A program made the translations under genes and the position numbers. A DNA stretch of 64,000 bases, from the IMG/VR virus record IMGVR_UViG_3300029827_000001, positions 22,763 to 86,762 of that record, one strand, 5' to 3'. Source of the stretch: a virus. The stretch's first letter is position 1. Every line of letters starts with the position of its first letter. The notes under the pieces are model-generated. The model saw only the letters and a program-made list of their open reading frames with translations, made no database searches and was not told the DNA's origin. This document shows, in pieces, positions 56,002-64,000 of this stretch.

Positions 56002-56575
56002 CAAAGCATTTGAAATAACAATGGGACACGAAGGCGGTTATGTTCATGATCCAGATGATCCAGGTGGAGAAACTTATAAGGGTGTTGCAAGAAGTCGTCA
56101 CCCAACTTGGAGAGGTTGGAGTGTAATTGACAAGAAGAAAAGTCAACCAAACTTCCCAAAAAATCTTGATGGAGATGAGGATCTTCAAGAGTGTATTAAA
56201 GAGTTTTATAAACTCACGTTTTGGGATCATGTTGGTGGAGATGAAATTCCAGATGATGATATTGGAATTGAATTATTTGATACAGCAGTTAATATGGGAG
56301 TATACTGGGCATCAATGTTTCTTCAACAGACATTGAATCTGTTAAATAAAGAAGGTCGACTTTATGGAGATATTGCTGAGGATGGAGCGATTGGTAGAAA
56401 TACTATTAAAGCGCTTAGAACTCTATTGAGTTATGACCCACCTGAACTTGTCCTTCTTTGGTTGAATGTTTTCCAAGGATGTCGCTACTCAGATATAACT
56501 AAGAGCAATCCAAAGTTGGAGAAGTATATGAGAGGATGGTCTAAGCGTCTTAAGGTAACAAAGCAGTATGGTTAA
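55988..56575 (+). CDS. glycoside hydrolase family 108 lysozyme (putative endolysin)
   Basis: HEGGYVHDPDDPGGETYKGV, FDTAVNMG, DGAIGRNT, RGWSKR; start MADFNK after AAGGAGG. Confidence 0.92.
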   Translation: MADFNKAFEITMGHEGGYVHDPDDPGGETYKGVARSRHPTWRGWSVIDKKKSQPNFPKNLDGDEDLQECIKEFYKLTFWDHVGGDEIPDDDIGIELFDTAVNMGVYWASMFLQQTLNLLNKEGRLYGDIAEDGAIGRNTIKALRTLLSYDPPELVLLWLNVFQGCRYSDITKSNPKLEKYMRGWSKRLKVTKQYG

Positions 56576-56819
56576 AGCAATTAAGTATTTACTAAAGAAG
56601 ATACGACCTCGCCTAGAAATAGGCGAGGTTTTTTGTGATCGTTGTAACGGGGTTGGGATAGTTAATAATAAAGAAGGTCCTGGTACTTATTACTGTCGTA
56701 AGTGTCTTGGCACTGGAAAACTTGACTGGGTTGAGAATGTTACTGGGAAGGTATATAATGGAAAACCGAGGAGAATTAAACAGAGATATAAGATCATTTC
56801 TAAATCTGAAAGAGGGTGA
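56568..56819 (+). CDS. CxxCxGxG-DWIEN family protein
   Basis: GEVFCDRCNGVG...CRKCLGTGKLDWVENVTG. Confidence 0.7.
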   Translation: MVKAIKYLLKKIRPRLEIGEVFCDRCNGVGIVNNKEGPGTYYCRKCLGTGKLDWVENVTGKVYNGKPRRIKQRYKIISKSERG

Positions 56820-57027
56820 GATGATATGTCCAGATTGTATTGGACTAGGTATTCTGAACCTAGATCATCTACCTAAAGATGTAGATAGTTGGATTGAATG
56901 TAAGTTATGTCACGGAGAAGGAAAGATTGACTGGATTGAGAATATAGTTGGTAAAAAACCAAGAGCACCCTATGGGAGTAATTTTAAATATGACAGAGAA
57001 AGAGGAAAAGTCGTCAGAGTCGACTAA
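56758..57027 (+). CDS. CxxCxGxG-DWIEN family protein
   Basis: GEMICPDCIGLG...CKLCHGEGKIDWIENIVG; likely start MENRG. Confidence 0.7.
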   Translation: MENRGELNRDIRSFLNLKEGEMICPDCIGLGILNLDHLPKDVDSWIECKLCHGEGKIDWIENIVGKKPRAPYGSNFKYDRERGKVVRVD

Positions 57028-57445
57028 AGATGAAGCAATAAAGTATTTTGCTAAAAAATTAGCTGGAGTGAAAGAAACGGATACTCCTTACTATTACTTA
57101 TGGTCCGAGTTTCTTGGAGGCCTTGCTATTGTATCCTTCAAGTTCTGGATTATGTATTTGACAGATCACGAAGGATTTAAAGAAAAGTTAGATGATGATC
57201 CAAAAGTAATTATAGATACAGTACTTCAAATGTGGAAAGTAAAAGTTATAAATGAGATTGATAAAGAAATTGAGCATCATAAAAAGATGGTAGATAGTCC
57301 ATTTGGAAAGATGTTCGGAAAAATGATGACTTCCACTGAGCAAGCACAGAAGGAGATGTACGAAACTATAAATATGGTTGAAGAAAAAGCTAGGCAGGTT
57401 CTTTATGATGGCATCATTACGAAAACTGAAGATAAAACTGAATGA
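56990..57445 (+). CDS. hypothetical helical protein
   Basis: Likely start MTEKEEK. Confidence 0.6.
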   Translation: MTEKEEKSSESTKDEAIKYFAKKLAGVKETDTPYYYLWSEFLGGLAIVSFKFWIMYLTDHEGFKEKLDDDPKVIIDTVLQMWKVKVINEIDKEIEHHKKMVDSPFGKMFGKMMTSTEQAQKEMYETINMVEEKARQVLYDGIITKTEDKTE

Positions 57446-57767
57446 AGGTGAAGTTATTTGTAGTCGTTGTAAGGGGAGAGGATACGAGTTCAGAAAAGCA
57501 GGATGGGGAAAACAGGAAAGATTATCTTGTGCTCTTTGCGATTCTATTGGAAAAGTTGATTGGATTAAAAATATAATTGGACCTAACGCTGCGATGCCAC
57601 AACAGTATTGGCTAGAAAGATCTTTCCTGAGAATCTCATATGACTGGATTTCAGATAAACTTCAATCAGGTAATTTATATAAAGTCGAGAATTTCTTCTA
57701 TTGGTTAGTATCATATACTCTCATTATATTTCTCTTCGTTCTCGTAATTCTAATAATAAAAGGATAG
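57405..57767 (+). CDS. CxxCxGxG-DWIEN family protein with C-terminal TM
   Basis: GEVICSRCKGRG...CALCDSIGKVDWIKNIIG. Confidence 0.65.
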   Translation: MMASLRKLKIKLNEGEVICSRCKGRGYEFRKAGWGKQERLSCALCDSIGKVDWIKNIIGPNAAMPQQYWLERSFLRISYDWISDKLQSGNLYKVENFFYWLVSYTLIIFLFVLVILIIKG

Positions 57768-57770
57768 TAA

Positions 57771-58127
57771 GTGTATAGTAAATATAAATGTGATAAGTGT
57801 AGAGGAAAAGGAAGATATTACGTGCCAAACGAGGGATTAGAGGCTATATCAGTCAGGTGCTCAAAGTGTGATGGAGATGGATATCTGGATTGGGTTGAGA
57901 ATGTTGTAGGGAAAACTCCTAGACGAAGAGCAACTGATTCATCTTCAGCAATAGGCTTAACCGCTACTGAAGTCGCTATTGCTTATCCAAGAATGCACGG
58001 CAAATCTTCTCTTCTAAAAGCACAGGTAAGCATAGAGCGAGAATTAATTCAAATAATGAGTAACAAAATTGCAATAGAGATTGATAAAGAAATATTAGAA
58101 TCATTAGGAGTCAAGGAGGTAAAATGA
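57771..58127 (+). CDS. CxxCxGxG-DWIEN family protein
   Basis: CDKCRGKG...CSKCDGDGYLDWVENVVG. Confidence 0.7.
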   Translation: MYSKYKCDKCRGKGRYYVPNEGLEAISVRCSKCDGDGYLDWVENVVGKTPRRRATDSSSAIGLTATEVAIAYPRMHGKSSLLKAQVSIERELIQIMSNKIAIEIDKEILESLGVKEVK

Positions 58128-59632
58128 TAACAGATTCGTTTATGAATGTCTGTTTCTCTGCTATTTTTTGTAAATTGCCTGAGGATAGCAATATTAGAAG
58201 AGATACTAGTTTATATAGAGATGTTATTCAGATTCTTGAGTTCTTTGAAGATAAAGAGACTGTGGGAATTCGCCTTACATCAAAAACCAAATTAGAGTGT
58301 TTAAAACGAGTCTGTGAATTAAAGATTGAAGGAAAAGGTAATGATGCAGTTATTGATAGTTTAACTTCGTTTGGAAAGAAATTTGCAAGTTTAAAAGACT
58401 TTCTAGAATCTAAAGTATCAGAGGAGTTAGATGCAAAAGAGATCATAAAAAATCTTGACCAAATAAAATTACATAAAAAAGCATTATCAATGTTTTCTAA
58501 TTATGATGAGTTGGTTAGAATAGTTGAGTTAATAAAGGTTGGAAATTTTGAAGCAATTGAGGACTTGGTATCAAACTATGAAGATAATATAAAGCGATTA
58601 TATATAAATGTAATGGAACATCATAGAACTGCAGATATTGAAGCTTCTGCATCTTTGGATTTTATAGAGGACGATCATACTCCTATTCTACAAGAAATAG
58701 TAAATAAGTATTCAAGGAAGAACAAAGTCTCAGCTGGTTTTAAGGTATTTAACAACGAAGTTTTAAATGGTGGATTTGAAACTGAAAGATTATATATTTT
58801 TGGTGGTGGAACCAGCGCAGGAAAATCAACGCTTCTTAATAACATAATAATAAACTCTGCAACTGAAGTAGACGTGTTTGATAGAAAACCATCAAGTGAT
58901 AAAATTGAAAGGGTTTATATATATGTCACTCTTGAAAATTCCCTTAGTGATGCATATTTAAGAACGTATCAACCTTTGTTTGACAGAACAACAGTACAAG
59001 CAGTAGATGATGTTAAAAGAGGAGTAAATATAAAAGAAAAAATAATGGAGAAATTAAGAGAAAGAAATAGCACAATTATTATGAAATTTTTCCGTTCTTA
59101 CTCCATTACTCCCTCTGACCTAATCCCTATTGTGAATGATGCACTTACGATATATGGAGATGGATCCGTTAAAGGGTTATATGTTGATTATCTTGATCTT
59201 CTTCGACCTGAGAGAAAGCATGAGCATTACCGACTTGAGTTAGGTCACATTACTATGTCTCTTAAAGGGTTATCTAACTACTATAAGATTCCAGTTATTA
59301 CTGCTAGCCAATTGGGTCGACAAGTATATGATGGAATAAAAGATGCAAGAGAACTAAATCTTGGAATGATGTCTGAGTCAATCAAGAAAGTAGAACACGC
59401 AGACTTTGTTGCTTTGCTTGCTAGAAATGTGGAGAAGGAAAGTCTAGTTCATATGTTTATTGGAAAAAACAGGAGTGGAAGAGCAAGTGTAGCAATTAAT
59501 TTTGTAGTAAATTTTGAGAAGTATAAGTTTATAAATGGTGAAGTTGCAGTTGTATCAAAGGAGAAAAGACCAGAAAAGCATACAGGTACAAGCACTATCG
59601 CTGATATGGGTTGGGCAGGTATGTCAATTTAA
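58124..59632 (+). CDS. replicative helicase (DnaB / T4 gp41-like, SF4)
   Basis: Walker A GGTSAGKS, YVTLEN, VDYLDLL, ITASQLGR, SES...ADF, GKNRSG. Confidence 0.92.
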   Translation: MITDSFMNVCFSAIFCKLPEDSNIRRDTSLYRDVIQILEFFEDKETVGIRLTSKTKLECLKRVCELKIEGKGNDAVIDSLTSFGKKFASLKDFLESKVSEELDAKEIIKNLDQIKLHKKALSMFSNYDELVRIVELIKVGNFEAIEDLVSNYEDNIKRLYINVMEHHRTADIEASASLDFIEDDHTPILQEIVNKYSRKNKVSAGFKVFNNEVLNGGFETERLYIFGGGTSAGKSTLLNNIIINSATEVDVFDRKPSSDKIERVYIYVTLENSLSDAYLRTYQPLFDRTTVQAVDDVKRGVNIKEKIMEKLRERNSTIIMKFFRSYSITPSDLIPIVNDALTIYGDGSVKGLYVDYLDLLRPERKHEHYRLELGHITMSLKGLSNYYKIPVITASQLGRQVYDGIKDARELNLGMMSESIKKVEHADFVALLARNVEKESLVHMFIGKNRSGRASVAINFVVNFEKYKFINGEVAVVSKEKRPEKHTGTSTIADMGWAGMSI

Positions 59633-59736
59633 GATTCCAACTTATGATGAAAACTGAATATAATAAGAACAAAAAATAAATCATTTGAGAATATAATTAA
59701 AATTTGAAGAAGAAAATCAGATAGGGAGGATTTATT

Positions 59737-60633
59737 ATGAGTAAGAAAACCAAAAAAGTAACATACGCAAATTTACTGAAAGAAGCTCTTAGTGATTTCA
59801 CCGAAATTCCCAAGAGCGTGGACACCGCTGGTCCTTTCCTTGATCCAATTATGAGCTACAGAGGAGATGGTGAACTCCCAACTCACAAAGATGCAGCATC
59901 TATTCTTGAGAGGTATTACTTCCAAGAAGAGCAAGATTCAGGTGTATCAATTGCGATTGACGAAGAAGAGTCAGTCGTCAATAAGGACATTGTAACTGTA
60001 GGTAAAGACAAAGCTGCTCTTCCAGATGAACCAGAAGATGTTGAAGATTCAAAAGATGATATTGAAGATGCCATGGCTATGGAACAAGAAGAAATAGATA
60101 TGAAGGATGAGGAAGAGGAAGAGAAAGAAGAAGAAAAAGAAGAGATGGAAGAGTGGTTGGAGCAGATTGTCCCGAATGAACCTGCTGGACTTGCTGGTGA
60201 TGAGGATGAGCTTCCCCCACGAAAAGGTGCAGATGGCGAGGGGCAAGTAGAACCAGCTGAACTTAAGGAAGATGAAAATGTTGAGTCAGCTGTCATTGAA
60301 AAACTGATCTCTGAAATGGAAGATGAAGGCGAAGAAGAAAAAGAAGAAGAGGAAGAGGAAGAGGAAAAAGAAGAGGAAATGGAAGAACAGGCTGAACCTG
60401 GAAAAGAAGAAGAAGACAAAGAAGAAGAAGAGCTGGATGTTGACAAAGAGATGAAAGGAAAGGAAGAAGTCGAAGAACAGATTCCAATCCAAAAGATAGC
60501 TGGTGCCGGTGGCCTCGATAAGGAAGAAATGCAAGAGTCCTTCCGAATCTTCAAAGAGCAAATTGAAGAGGAAGATGAAGAGGAGAAGGAAGAGGAAGCT
60601 CCTGAGGTCTCGTCAAAAGAAGTCACAGTTTAA
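59737..60633 (+). CDS. highly acidic protein, putative prohead core/scaffold
   Basis: Long Glu runs; own GAACAAA-TAAA motif and terminator; near portal. Confidence 0.55.
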   Translation: MSKKTKKVTYANLLKEALSDFTEIPKSVDTAGPFLDPIMSYRGDGELPTHKDAASILERYYFQEEQDSGVSIAIDEEESVVNKDIVTVGKDKAALPDEPEDVEDSKDDIEDAMAMEQEEIDMKDEEEEEKEEEKEEMEEWLEQIVPNEPAGLAGDEDELPPRKGADGEGQVEPAELKEDENVESAVIEKLISEMEDEGEEEKEEEEEEEEKEEEMEEQAEPGKEEEDKEEEELDVDKEMKGKEEVEEQIPIQKIAGAGGLDKEEMQESFRIFKEQIEEEDEEEKEEEAPEVSSKEVTV

Positions 60634-60646
60634 CTTTTAGAAAGAG

Positions 60647-60690
60647 CTCAACAGTGGAGGTTCTTTCTCCACTGTTGAGTATATTTTTTT
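60647..60690 (+). terminator. intrinsic terminator
   Basis: ctcaacagtggag-gttcttt-ctccactgttgag followed by tatattttttt. Confidence 0.8.
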
Positions 60691-60708
60691 GAATCTTCGG
60701 AAGGTACT

Positions 60709-61005
60709 ATGAAAAAAGAAAAACGAAAAAGAGTAAAAATCCATGAAGCTAATCATATAATTATATTTAGAGGAAGGGGAGTAAGAACTCCAGTCTCTAT
60801 AGATGTTACCGACGAAGAATTCAGAAGTGTTATGATGATAATTCAGTCAAGAGGAATATTGGGTTATGAGGTTGAAGATATAATCGAAAAAGTGAAGATT
60901 GATAAGGATCTTGTTATGCAAGTTCCACAAGAAATTGATGAATCTGTCGCGGTTGAATCATTCGAAGGAGAATCAACCCTTAAAAAACTCTTGGATGAAA
61001 AATGA
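60709..61005 (+). CDS. hypothetical protein
   Basis: 98 aa; resembles the N-terminus of 19725..20195. Confidence 0.6.
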   Translation: MKKEKRKRVKIHEANHIIIFRGRGVRTPVSIDVTDEEFRSVMMIIQSRGILGYEVEDIIEKVKIDKDLVMQVPQEIDESVAVESFEGESTLKKLLDEK

Positions 61006-61277
61006 AATTTATAAAAATAATTCATGAAAATGCAGATCCTATCGAAGTTCAGGACAATGATAAAACTGACCTGGCAAGTTATACAAAGAATTTAGCAAAG
61101 CTTCTTGAAGTAGGTAATGTGTCAATACTCGAGACTAGTTCGGGTTCAGCAATAGTTAGACCGTCGAGAGTATGCTCAATTCTAGTCTCCGAAATTAATG
61201 ATGAGCATAAAGATACTGAGCAAGTCTTAGGTGAAAGCAATCAAATAGTCGAAGACATCATTACTGACGGGGAATGA
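61002..61277 (+). CDS. hypothetical protein
   Basis: ATGA overlaps on both sides. Confidence 0.6.
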   Translation: MKFIKIIHENADPIEVQDNDKTDLASYTKNLAKLLEVGNVSILETSSGSAIVRPSRVCSILVSEINDEHKDTEQVLGESNQIVEDIITDGE

Positions 61278-61735
61278 AAGTGTCAATATATATACAAATA
61301 GGTTTAGTTTTTATACTTCTTCTATCCTTGCTTCTGTATAATAAGAAGCAAGATTCGTTGAAAAGGATAGAAATAATAAAGAATTTTCCGTCGTATGTTA
61401 CTGTTCTAAACTATCACTTAGAAAGAGCATATGAGATAATTCATAAAGATAGGATTTTAATATACTCTCTTGAAGCAACGAGACTGACGAATGCTCAGTT
61501 TGATGCAGTAACAAAAGATTTTATTAATTTAGTGCTAAAATTTCTTGGACCAAAGTTGATAGAAGATTACTCCTATGCTTATGGAAACTTTGATACTTTT
61601 CTCTTTAACATAACTGAGTATTTTAATACCAGATATGAAGAAGATGAAATAAGAAAAGAGTCCATAAAATCTCTGATGGAAGGCGAAATTGAAACTGAGG
61701 AAAAGCCAGAAGAGTCAACTCAAGTTCAAAGTTAA
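61274..61735 (+). CDS. membrane-anchored hypothetical protein
   Basis: N-terminal TM; upstream of portal. Confidence 0.6.
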   Translation: MKVSIYIQIGLVFILLLSLLLYNKKQDSLKRIEIIKNFPSYVTVLNYHLERAYEIIHKDRILIYSLEATRLTNAQFDAVTKDFINLVLKFLGPKLIEDYSYAYGNFDTFLFNITEYFNTRYEEDEIRKESIKSLMEGEIETEEKPEESTQVQS

Positions 61736-61750
61736 ATCTTGGAGATAAAT

Positions 61751-63676
61751 ATGCCACTTAGTGATACGTTTGATAAGTTAAAGTCGTCAGTTCTTGGAGT
61801 TAAAACTGCAAGAATTGATAAAAAACTAGATCAAGCAGTTAAAGATATTTCACTATATAAATCTCAATCAGGCAGAAATGGATATATAGACTTAGTGCGT
61901 TCAGTCATCGCAAAAAGTGGTAATATAGATTTTGGTGTTGGAAGTCAAGGTTTATTCGGTCAAGCAGCAACTCCCGCAATGATGGGTCAAGGTGGGAGAT
62001 TAATGCGCTATAGAACATATGCCGCAATTGTCTCAAATATAAGTTATTGTCATAGAGCTTTAATGGTTCTAACTGATAACATTATTTCTCCAGATGATAT
62101 AACGAAAGTATCACTTGACATAAAACCAGTTGAAGAAATAACTGATGAAATTTCTACTGAATCTTTGACGAACATAGTTGAGCAAGTTATCAAAAAGCTT
62201 AAGCTAGAGAAAAACTTAAGAAAAGTTGTTTCAAATACTCTACAATTTGGAGATTACTTTTGTGAGGTAGCAGATACAAGAACCGCTTTAACTTCAAGAG
62301 CAATCATTTCAGAACAACAACAGTATTTAGATTCAAATAATAGAGCTACATATAGAGAAGAAATAACATTAGAAGGTCTTGAGAAAACTGACCTAAAAAA
62401 TCTCTCTATTACTATTGATTACTCAGCATTTACTGAAGATATAAAGAAAGATGATGAGAATATCACCAAAGAAGAAGAGAAAGAAGAAAGTGAAGAAGAT
62501 AAGGAAAAAATTGATATACGAGATATACATTTAGTATTTCATGATCCAAAATTTGTGGCAAAACTGCAAAGTGATCTTTTCCCAATTTGTTTTGGGTATT
62601 TAGTATTCCCTAGAGCATTAGCTATTCCACAACTAGCAATACAAGATCAAATAATAAATAACATCTGTTTAGCAATCTTGAAAAACGTCGAAAAGAAAGT
62701 TCCACAAGCTAAGGAGTTGGAAAATAATGAAGATCTAAAAGATGTTATTAAGTCAATGATTAAGTCTGCAGATTTTTCAAGATCCCTAAACATTCGATAT
62801 GTCCCACCAGACAAGATGGAACATTTTCATATTCCATCTGATAAATACTTCCCATATGGTGAGTCAATATTTGATCCATGCCAATATAACGCAAAAGTTC
62901 TAATTGCTCTTGAAACAGCTTTAGCGATTCATAGATTGACTAGATCTATTGAGAAGAGAAAAATAGCAGTAGAAATAGGTCTTCCAAGAGATGCGAAGAA
63001 CGCAATTGAGAAAATGAAGGAAGAATTCAGAAAAAGAAAGATTAGTTTAGATTCATTTGGTACAGTTGATACTATTCCGAGTATGATTACTACATTCGAA
63101 GATATCTATATACCTCAGAAAGACGGAAAACCATTCGTTGATGTTAGTTCATTTAATGAAGGTGGTGCAGATGTAAGAGGTAAAGTTGACGAACTTAAAT
63201 TCTTGAGGGATAGTGTTGTTGCGTGTTTAGGAGTTCCTGCTAGCTTTCTAAATATTGAAGAAAATCTTTCAAATAAAGCAGCTCTTTCAGAAGAAAATAT
63301 CCTTTTTGCAAGAACAATTATTGGTCATCAGAAATACTTTACTCATCAGATAAATGATCTTCTTCATAAAGTTATGAAACTCGTTAAACCTGAAATTGCT
63401 TTACAACTACTAGATCGACTTCTTATCTCACTTGCTCCACCCAAGTCACTTCAATTTGAGAGAGAGGCAAGATACTTAAGTGACCTTGCGAATATGATTG
63501 ATACACTAGATAGAATAGGGATACCAAAAGATTACGCTAAAAAGAAATACCTTAGTCAAATCGACTGGGCTGAAGTTGAGAAATATAAAGTTGAAGAAGA
63601 TATTGATAAGGGAGTTGGAACTGAGAAAGAAGAAGAAGCAGGATTTGGTGGAGGTATGGGAACGCCCACATTCTAA
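61751..63676 (+). CDS. portal protein (T4 gp20-like)
   Basis: YGESIF, IHRLTRSIEKRKIAVEIG, EDIYIP, DELKFLRD...LGVPAS, ILFARTI; likely start MPLSD after GGAG. Confidence 0.85.
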   Translation: MPLSDTFDKLKSSVLGVKTARIDKKLDQAVKDISLYKSQSGRNGYIDLVRSVIAKSGNIDFGVGSQGLFGQAATPAMMGQGGRLMRYRTYAAIVSNISYCHRALMVLTDNIISPDDITKVSLDIKPVEEITDEISTESLTNIVEQVIKKLKLEKNLRKVVSNTLQFGDYFCEVADTRTALTSRAIISEQQQYLDSNNRATYREEITLEGLEKTDLKNLSITIDYSAFTEDIKKDDENITKEEEKEESEEDKEKIDIRDIHLVFHDPKFVAKLQSDLFPICFGYLVFPRALAIPQLAIQDQIINNICLAILKNVEKKVPQAKELENNEDLKDVIKSMIKSADFSRSLNIRYVPPDKMEHFHIPSDKYFPYGESIFDPCQYNAKVLIALETALAIHRLTRSIEKRKIAVEIGLPRDAKNAIEKMKEEFRKRKISLDSFGTVDTIPSMITTFEDIYIPQKDGKPFVDVSSFNEGGADVRGKVDELKFLRDSVVACLGVPASFLNIEENLSNKAALSEENILFARTIIGHQKYFTHQINDLLHKVMKLVKPEIALQLLDRLLISLAPPKSLQFEREARYLSDLANMIDTLDRIGIPKDYAKKKYLSQIDWAEVEKYKVEEDIDKGVGTEKEEEAGFGGGMGTPTF

Positions 63677-63688
63677 GGAGATAATGTT

Positions 63689-64000
63689 ATGTCAGAAAGA
63701 CTTAAGAAGATATACGAGCAGATAAATAATGCTCTATTCTGGGGAACCCAAGGCCTTAGACGCCAGTCTCAAGATATTACTACTTATTATGACCCAAGGT
63801 TTGCAAGTGGTTGGGAAGATTATGTTACTCATATGTCAGTTGGAGCTATGGGTCCTCCGACAACAGCAATCGGTAGTTCTATACCAATGGAAGCTGGTCC
63901 TTTAACAAATAAGAAAACTGAAGAGATAGAAGATGAAGAAAAGTTGGAGAAAAAATTAGCAGGTGGAGTATATGAGCAGGAAGAACCAGCTCCCGCAGCA
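63689..64000 (+). CDS. hypothetical (likely head-related) protein, runs off right edge
   Basis: Absent from ORF track; MSERLKKIYEQINNALFWG... is open to the window end, AAGGAG RBS. Confidence 0.6.
   Translation, partial: MSERLKKIYEQINNALFWGTQGLRRQSQDITTYYDPRFASGWEDYVTHMSVGAMGPPTTAIGSSIPMEAGPLTNKKTEEIEDEEKLEKKLAGGVYEQEEPAPAA

Noticed and set aside
55612-58127. Diversity-generating retroelement behind the paralogue array
   Set aside because: No reverse transcriptase in the window, and the copies differ broadly rather than only at adenines.
2326-58446. Many short opposite-strand or off-frame ORFs in the track (e.g. 2326, 7824, 10478, 12628, 25242, 26881, 43146, 58228)
   Set aside because: They overlap better-supported genes and lack motifs or a convincing RBS.
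47178-59632. Inteins or introns in polymerase, ThyA or helicase
   Set aside because: Motif spacing looks normal and no intein splice junction or LAGLIDADG motif was seen; the extra polymerase length is explained by the UDG domain.
59916-60626. Ser-, Phe- and Leu-rich minus-strand ORFs
   Set aside because: Antisense shadows of the GAA-rich Glu-run gene 59737..60633.
1-64000. CRISPR array, tRNA (including tRNA-Sec), rRNA, integrase or transposase
   Set aside because: No regularly spaced repeats, cloverleafs or recombinase motifs seen by eye and intergenic gaps are short; tRNAscan-SE/Infernal would be needed to exclude them.

Overview
A 64-kb, AT-rich, gene-dense segment of a large tailed dsDNA bacteriophage with a T4-like/jumbo-phage replisome and head module. 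Replication and repair genes: 5'-3' exonuclease, sliding clamp, primase, RFC clamp loader, RecD/Dda helicase, DnaB/gp41 helicase, DenV-like glycosylase, and a family B polymerase fused to a family-4 uracil-DNA glycosylase domain. Virion and lysis genes: gp20-like portal, PAAR, acidic scaffold-like protein, GroES and a GH108 lysozyme (the last two point to a bacterial host). Positions 1-13.9 kb are transcribed leftward; the rest is mostly rightward, interrupted by six small leftward cassettes. Notable content: (i) a dCMP deaminase with an in-frame TGA at a conserved Cys followed by a bacterial SECIS-like hairpin (candidate phage selenoprotein, missed by the ORF track); (ii) a volactin-like actin; (iii) about 15 glycan-building/decorating enzymes in three clusters; (iv) a dispersed 7-deazaguanine pathway with atypical QueC, QueE and DpdA/TGT; (v) two recurring promoter-like motifs that divide the genes into two classes; (vi) two expanded Cys-rich paralogue families. 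All calls come from reading motifs by eye; no database searches or folding computations were run.
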